Below are positions 59,495 through 64,000 of a stretch of DNA of 64,000 bases, one piece after another. The position numbers and the translations under genes were made by a program. The stretch covers positions 1 through 64,000 of the forward strand of contig CAWFJP010000027.1 in assembly GCA_963816145.1 (NCBI GenBank), in the 5' to 3' direction. Position 1 is the first letter of the stretch; every line of letters begins with the position of its first letter. Under the pieces are notes generated by a model. The model made no database searches and was not told where the DNA came from. It saw only the letters and a program-made list of their open reading frames with translations. The stretch is from an uncultured delta proteobacterium (GTDB lineage Bacteria; Desulfobacterota; Binatia; UBA9968).

Positions 59495-59728
59495 ATGATT
59501 CGGAATACAGCTAAAGTCATTACCCAGGCGTTGTCGTTACCGCCACGGTCTCGCGCACGGCTTGCCGATAGATTGCTCGAAAGCCTTGATGAACCGAGGC
59601 AAAGAGAAATGAGCAAACTATGGGCCGACGAGGTCGAAGATCGGATAGATGCTTACGAAAATGGCGAAATTAAAGTCATCCCAGGAGAACAAGTCTTTGG
59701 TAATTTGAGAACAAAGAGAAAACGATGA
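59495..59728 (+). CDS. Putative addiction module antitoxin (TIGR02574-like)
   Basis: ALSLP...RARLADRLLESL...W..EV.DR...Y..G....IPGE.V; overlaps the toxin start (ATGA). Confidence 0.88.
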   Translation: MIRNTAKVITQALSLPPRSRARLADRLLESLDEPRQREMSKLWADEVEDRIDAYENGEIKVIPGEQVFGNLRTKRKR

Positions 59729-60027
59729 GGCTCTACGGCTTTCTTGAGCCGGCCCAGATCGAGTTTGAAGAGGCAGTAAAGTTTTATAACCAACAGAAAG
59801 AAGACCTGGGAGACGACTTTGCTGCGGAAGTTTTGAATGCGATAAACCGAATTCTGACTCATCCTGAAGCCTGGACCAAGCTTTCCAAAAGAACCAGACG
59901 GTGCCGAACAAAACGTTTCCCGTACAGCGTAATCTATCAAATTCGAGGTGATCGGATTTTAGTCGTGGCTGTCGCTCACTCAAAAAGAAAACCTAAGTAC
60001 TGGCACGATAGGCTGAGAACGATTTGA
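59725..60027 (+). CDS. RelE/ParE family toxin
   Basis: A..EF.EA..FY, LG.DF, RFPYSVIY, VAVAH.KRKP.YW. Confidence 0.88.
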   Translation: MRLYGFLEPAQIEFEEAVKFYNQQKEDLGDDFAAEVLNAINRILTHPEAWTKLSKRTRRCRTKRFPYSVIYQIRGDRILVVAVAHSKRKPKYWHDRLRTI

Positions 60028-60257
60028 TTGTGCATAAGCCAGGATTTCGGGAGCGCGAAATGCGGTGACGGTGCAGACTCGTTGGGTAAAGAGAAATGCT
60101 TTCGACGTCGCAATGACCATTGTGAATGCCCAAAAGATTCCACTTGAAGAAGTTCGGGTTGGAGAAAAGCATCAGCCTGCCCCTCATAATCCCCCTTCGC
60201 CTCGCCCAAATAGATTTTCAACAGATGGATAACCGCTTCGCCAAACGGAAGAGGCGA

Positions 60258-62174
60258 TCAGGTCGAACTCCTTGCCGTAACGGTAGGATAGCCCAGCGCG
60301 GACAAACCGGCGGTAATTTCATCGAGGATCAGCGGATCGTCGATGGTGGGCGGAACTTGATAATCGATCCCGTCGGCAATTTTTTTGATGGTGCCGCGGA
60401 GAATCTTGCCCGAGCGCGTCTTGGGGAGCCGCTTGACCACCGTCGCGACTCTGAAAGAAGCCACGGCGCCGATCCTTTCGCGCACCATCTGGACCACCTC
60501 GCTGACGATCTCGCCGTCTGAGCGTCGCACGCCTGCCTTGAGCACGACCAGGCCCAGCGGAATTTCCCCTTTGATCTCGTCGGCGACTCCCAGGACAGCG
60601 CACTCGGCGATGTCGGGATGAGACGCCAGCACCTCTTCCAGCGCGCCGGTGGAGAGCCGATGACCGGCGACGTTGATGATGTCGTCGGTGCGGGTCATCA
60701 CCCAAAGATAGCCGTCCTCGTCTTTGTACCCCGCATCGGCGGTGAGGTAGTAGTTGGGAAACCTGGCGAGGTAAGCCTTGCGGTAGCCTTCATCGTTGTT
60801 CCAGAGTGTCGGTAAACAACCGGGCGGCAACGGCAGCTTGACGACAATACTGCCGATCTGAGCCGCTGGCATTTCCCTGCCGTCATCGTTCAACACCCGG
60901 ACATCGTAACCGGGCACCGGTTTGGTGCACGATCCCGGTTTTACCGGAAGCATTCCCAATCCGATACAATTGGCGCCGATGGGCCAGCCCGTTTCGGTCT
61001 GCCACCAGTGATCGATCACCGGCACGCCAAGCTGCTTTTCCGCCCACAGGAGCGTGTCCGGATCGCAGCGCTCGCCGGCGAGAAAGAGTGTGCGCAAGCC
61101 GCTCAAGTCGTACTTGCGGATCAATTCGCCGTTGGGGTCTTCGCGTTTGATCGCGCGAAATGCCGTTGGCGCCGTGAACAAGACCTTCACGCCGTGCTGT
61201 GAAACGACCCGCCAGAACGCGCCAGCATCGGGAGTGCCGACCGGTTTGCCCTCGTAGAGCACCGTGGTGTTGCCGTTGAACAGCGGCGCGTAGACGATGT
61301 ACGAGTGGCCGACGACCCAGCCCACGTCGGATGCCGCCCAATACACTTCACCCGGCTCCACGCCGTAGACGTGCTGCATGCTCCATTGGAGCGCGACCAG
61401 ATGCCCGCCATTGTCGCGCACGATTCCTTTGGGCATGCCGGTAGTGCCCGAGGTGTAAAGGATGTAAAGCGGATCGGTGGCCTCGACGGGAACGCAGTCC
61501 GCCGGTTTTGCCCCCGCCATCTCTTCTGACCAGTCGAGGTCGCGCCCGCCGATCATCGACGCCGTTTCCTGCGGCCGTTGGACGATAATGCAGCGCTCCG
61601 GCTTGACCGCCGCAAGTTCGATCGCCTTGTCGAGCAGAGGTTTGTAAGGAATGATACGGCCGGTTTCGATGCCGCAGGTCGCCGAGATAATTACCTTCGG
61701 CCGCGCATCGGTGATGCGATTGGCGAGCTCATGGGCGGCGAAACCGCCGAAGACCACCGAATGAATCGCGCCGATGCGCGCGCATGCCAGCATCGCGACG
61801 ATCGCCTCCGGCACCATGGGCATGTAAATGATGACCCGGTCGCCTTTCCGAACTCCTTGCCCGGCAAGCACGCCGGCAAAGCGCGCCACTTGATCGAGCA
61901 ATTCTCTATAGGTGAACGTCCGGACGATTCCGGTCACCGGGCTATCGTAAATGAGCGCCGGCTGATTCGCCCGCCCACTTTCGACATGACGATCGAGCGC
62001 ATTGTAGCAAGTGTTGAGCAATCCGCCGGCGAACCATCGATAGAACGGCGGCCGCGAGTCATCGAGCACCCTGTCCCACTTTTTATCCCAGTGAACCGCT
62101 TCGGCCGCCTCGGCCCAGAAATTCTCGGGATCGTTCAGCCAGCGGGTATAGACGGCGTCATAGGTATCTCTCAT
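60258..62174 (-). CDS. prpE: Propionyl-CoA synthetase
   Basis: NTCYNALDRHV, YTSGTTG.PKG.VRDNGG, DHWWQTETG, INVAGHRLSTG, PKTRSGKILR. Confidence 0.88.
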   Translation of the reverse strand: MRDTYDAVYTRWLNDPENFWAEAAEAVHWDKKWDRVLDDSRPPFYRWFAGGLLNTCYNALDRHVESGRANQPALIYDSPVTGIVRTFTYRELLDQVARFAGVLAGQGVRKGDRVIIYMPMVPEAIVAMLACARIGAIHSVVFGGFAAHELANRITDARPKVIISATCGIETGRIIPYKPLLDKAIELAAVKPERCIIVQRPQETASMIGGRDLDWSEEMAGAKPADCVPVEATDPLYILYTSGTTGMPKGIVRDNGGHLVALQWSMQHVYGVEPGEVYWAASDVGWVVGHSYIVYAPLFNGNTTVLYEGKPVGTPDAGAFWRVVSQHGVKVLFTAPTAFRAIKREDPNGELIRKYDLSGLRTLFLAGERCDPDTLLWAEKQLGVPVIDHWWQTETGWPIGANCIGLGMLPVKPGSCTKPVPGYDVRVLNDDGREMPAAQIGSIVVKLPLPPGCLPTLWNNDEGYRKAYLARFPNYYLTADAGYKDEDGYLWVMTRTDDIINVAGHRLSTGALEEVLASHPDIAECAVLGVADEIKGEIPLGLVVLKAGVRRSDGEIVSEVVQMVRERIGAVASFRVATVVKRLPKTRSGKILRGTIKKIADGIDYQVPPTIDDPLILDEITAGLSALGYPTVTARSST

Positions 62175-62521
62175 GGCGTTCCCTCCGACGTTACCGGATG
62201 CCGTTCCTTTCACTCAAAGATCGTGCTGTGATCGAGCCTATTCCGACGGCTAGGTCCGGCGCAAGCGCACACGAGGGAGGCAAATCGGAGGCAAATCTTC
62301 GTCAACAGCGTTACTCCCTTCACTCCCCTGCGCTCCGTTCAAGCTCTTCGGAATCAGACCTCTTGCGCCCGGCGGAAGCTCTGTGTTCGACGTGATGGAT
62401 CAGAGGTCCGAGTGCCTTAATTTAGACGCGCATTGTCTCGACTCGCTGGTTAAAGCCTGCGCGGATTGACAGCTCCAGGATCGATCCACTAATGTCGGAA
62501 TTATCGACGAAGGGGGGTACC

Positions 62522-63625
62522 ATGAACAGTCAAAATAGGAATCCCGTCATCGACGCCGACGCTCATGTCGTGGAGTGCGCGCATACCTGGGACTTTATGG
62601 ACAAGTCCGAAGAGAAGTATCGTCCGATACCCTTGGAAGCGCGCGAAGAAGCCGGTGTGCGCCAACAGTTTTGGCTGGTCGATGGTAAAGTCCGCGGTTT
62701 TCGCTTTGCGGTTCTCTCAGACGAGCTCATGGCCAAGCGCCAACAACAGGTCGGTAGGAAGTTCGCCGAGCAGGCGGAGTCTCGCGAGCTGGCCAATGTC
62801 GATCTGCGTCTCGAGCACATGGATCAAACGCAGGTCGATATTCAGGTGTTGCACAACACCATGTTCATCGAGTCGTGCACCGACCGTCCAGCGGTCGACG
62901 TGGCGCTCTGCAAGAGTTGGAATCGCTGGCTGGCCGACATCTGGAAGCAGAGCGAAGGGCGCCTGCGTTGGTCGTGCATGCCGCCGCTGCTCAGCATGCC
63001 GGACGCCCTCGATCAGATTCGCTGGTCGAAGGAAAACGGCGCCTGCGCTGTCTGCCTGCGCCCCGTCGAGGGCAATCGTCTGCTCGCCGACTCCTACTTT
63101 TACCCCATCTACGAAGAGGCCCAGAAGCTCGACATGGCGATCGCCATCCACATCGCCAACGGCAACGCCTGGCTCAACGATCTCTACGGCAACCATCCGG
63201 TGCGCATCGCCACGACCTTTCACCGCTTTAGAATACCGACGGTGGGGGCGTTTAACGACATCGTTATGAGCGAGATCCACGACGTCTTCCCCAAGCTCCG
63301 CTTCGGCTTTATCGAAGCGAGCGCCCAGTGGGTGCCCTGGATCATGCATGAAGCGAAGATCCGCTTTCGAACGCTCGGCCGGCCGTGGCCGGAGAATCTG
63401 CTCAAGGAGTTCGGCTTATTCGTCAGCTGTGAAAATTGTGATGATATCGCGTACATCGTGCGCGAGGCCGGTGAGGACAATCTGGTCATCGGCACCGATT
63501 ACGGTCACACCGATTCTTCGAGCGACCTCGATGCCATCAACATTTTTCGCGGACGCGACGATCTATCGCCCGCCGTCAAAGAGAAAATTTTGAGCGATAA
63601 TGCGCGCTCTCTCTACGCTTTGTAA
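62522..63625 (+). CDS. Amidohydrolase_2 family protein
   Basis: VIDADAHV, CKSWNRWL, FIEASAQW, IGTDYGH. Confidence 0.92.
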   Translation: MNSQNRNPVIDADAHVVECAHTWDFMDKSEEKYRPIPLEAREEAGVRQQFWLVDGKVRGFRFAVLSDELMAKRQQQVGRKFAEQAESRELANVDLRLEHMDQTQVDIQVLHNTMFIESCTDRPAVDVALCKSWNRWLADIWKQSEGRLRWSCMPPLLSMPDALDQIRWSKENGACAVCLRPVEGNRLLADSYFYPIYEEAQKLDMAIAIHIANGNAWLNDLYGNHPVRIATTFHRFRIPTVGAFNDIVMSEIHDVFPKLRFGFIEASAQWVPWIMHEAKIRFRTLGRPWPENLLKEFGLFVSCENCDDIAYIVREAGEDNLVIGTDYGHTDSSSDLDAINIFRGRDDLSPAVKEKILSDNARSLYAL

Positions 63626-63801
63626 AACTTGTCAGGAATGCCGGCGTGGAGAAACTGCGCGCTCTCTGGCTAATTACGACGTGGTTCACGCCTATGTACT
63701 GATGGCGAATCATTACGGTTAACACGCCGCCGCCGGCGCCAAGGCCATTGAACCTTTGAACTGTTGAACTTTTGAACGGCGCGCTTAGAAGGAAACTCAT
63801 A

Positions 63802-63871
63802 GGGTCGGGCCTTTAGCTTACAGTAAAGGTTTCCGCATTTGGCTATTGGCTATAAAGTAAAAGCGTGACCC
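63802..63871. repeat. GGGTC...GACCC imperfect inverted repeat
   Basis: GGGTCGGGCCTTTAGCTT ... AAGTAAAAGCGTGACCC. Confidence 0.55.
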
Positions 63872-63873
63872 TA

Positions 63874-64000
63874 TGTGCATTGGCAAAATATACGAAGATC
63901 AACGACGCCGCATTTCTGCGCGAGTACCATAGGAAAATTATCCTGCCGAGGCTGAGCCAATCCCTCGCGCCCGACCGCGCGGCGATCGAGTTTATCCTGG
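63874..64000 (+). pseudogene. 5'-truncated SsuA/NMT1-type binding-protein fragment running off the window
   Basis: ALAKYTKINDAAFLREYHRKIILPRLSQSLAPDRAAIEFIL; in-frame TAA at 63853 upstream. Confidence 0.55.

Overview
GC-rich bacterial chromosomal segment. The gene content (many amidohydrolase_2 enzymes, orphan SsuA/NMT1-type binding proteins, Rieske oxygenases, UbiD, hydantoinases) suggests a Candidatus Binatia/'Deltaproteobacteria' MAG; this is inference only. A housekeeping block (rpsO-pnp-M16 peptidase-dut-purB-purS-purQ-purL-purF, 8.1-18.6 kb) lies among catabolic accessory genes. (1) At 52.8-59.0 kb a peptide-type ABC operon (dppB-dppC ... SBP) has a glycine/sarcosine/betaine-reductase component B pair in the middle. 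One is a GrdE/GrdI-like protein lacking the pyruvoyl cleavage motif. The other is a GrdB-like selenoprotein with an in-frame TGA (U352, UxxC) and a SECIS-like hairpin. No GrdA/C/D or ABC ATPase is present in the window. (2) That operon, a stand-alone NRPS A-T gene and antitoxin remnants form a ~9.5-kb block bounded by a 130-bp direct repeat of the 3' end of an MmgE/PrpD gene. (3) Intergenic DNA is a nested set of palindromic repeats. Four kinds of non-autonomous element (IS1595-like, IS5/IS1182-like, IS110-like, IS200/IS605-like ends) each carry a GTCAT-type REP doublet, and two kinds insert precisely into other repeats. Three genes carry single +1 frameshifts, probably assembly errors. No tRNA, rRNA, CRISPR array or transposase was recognised.
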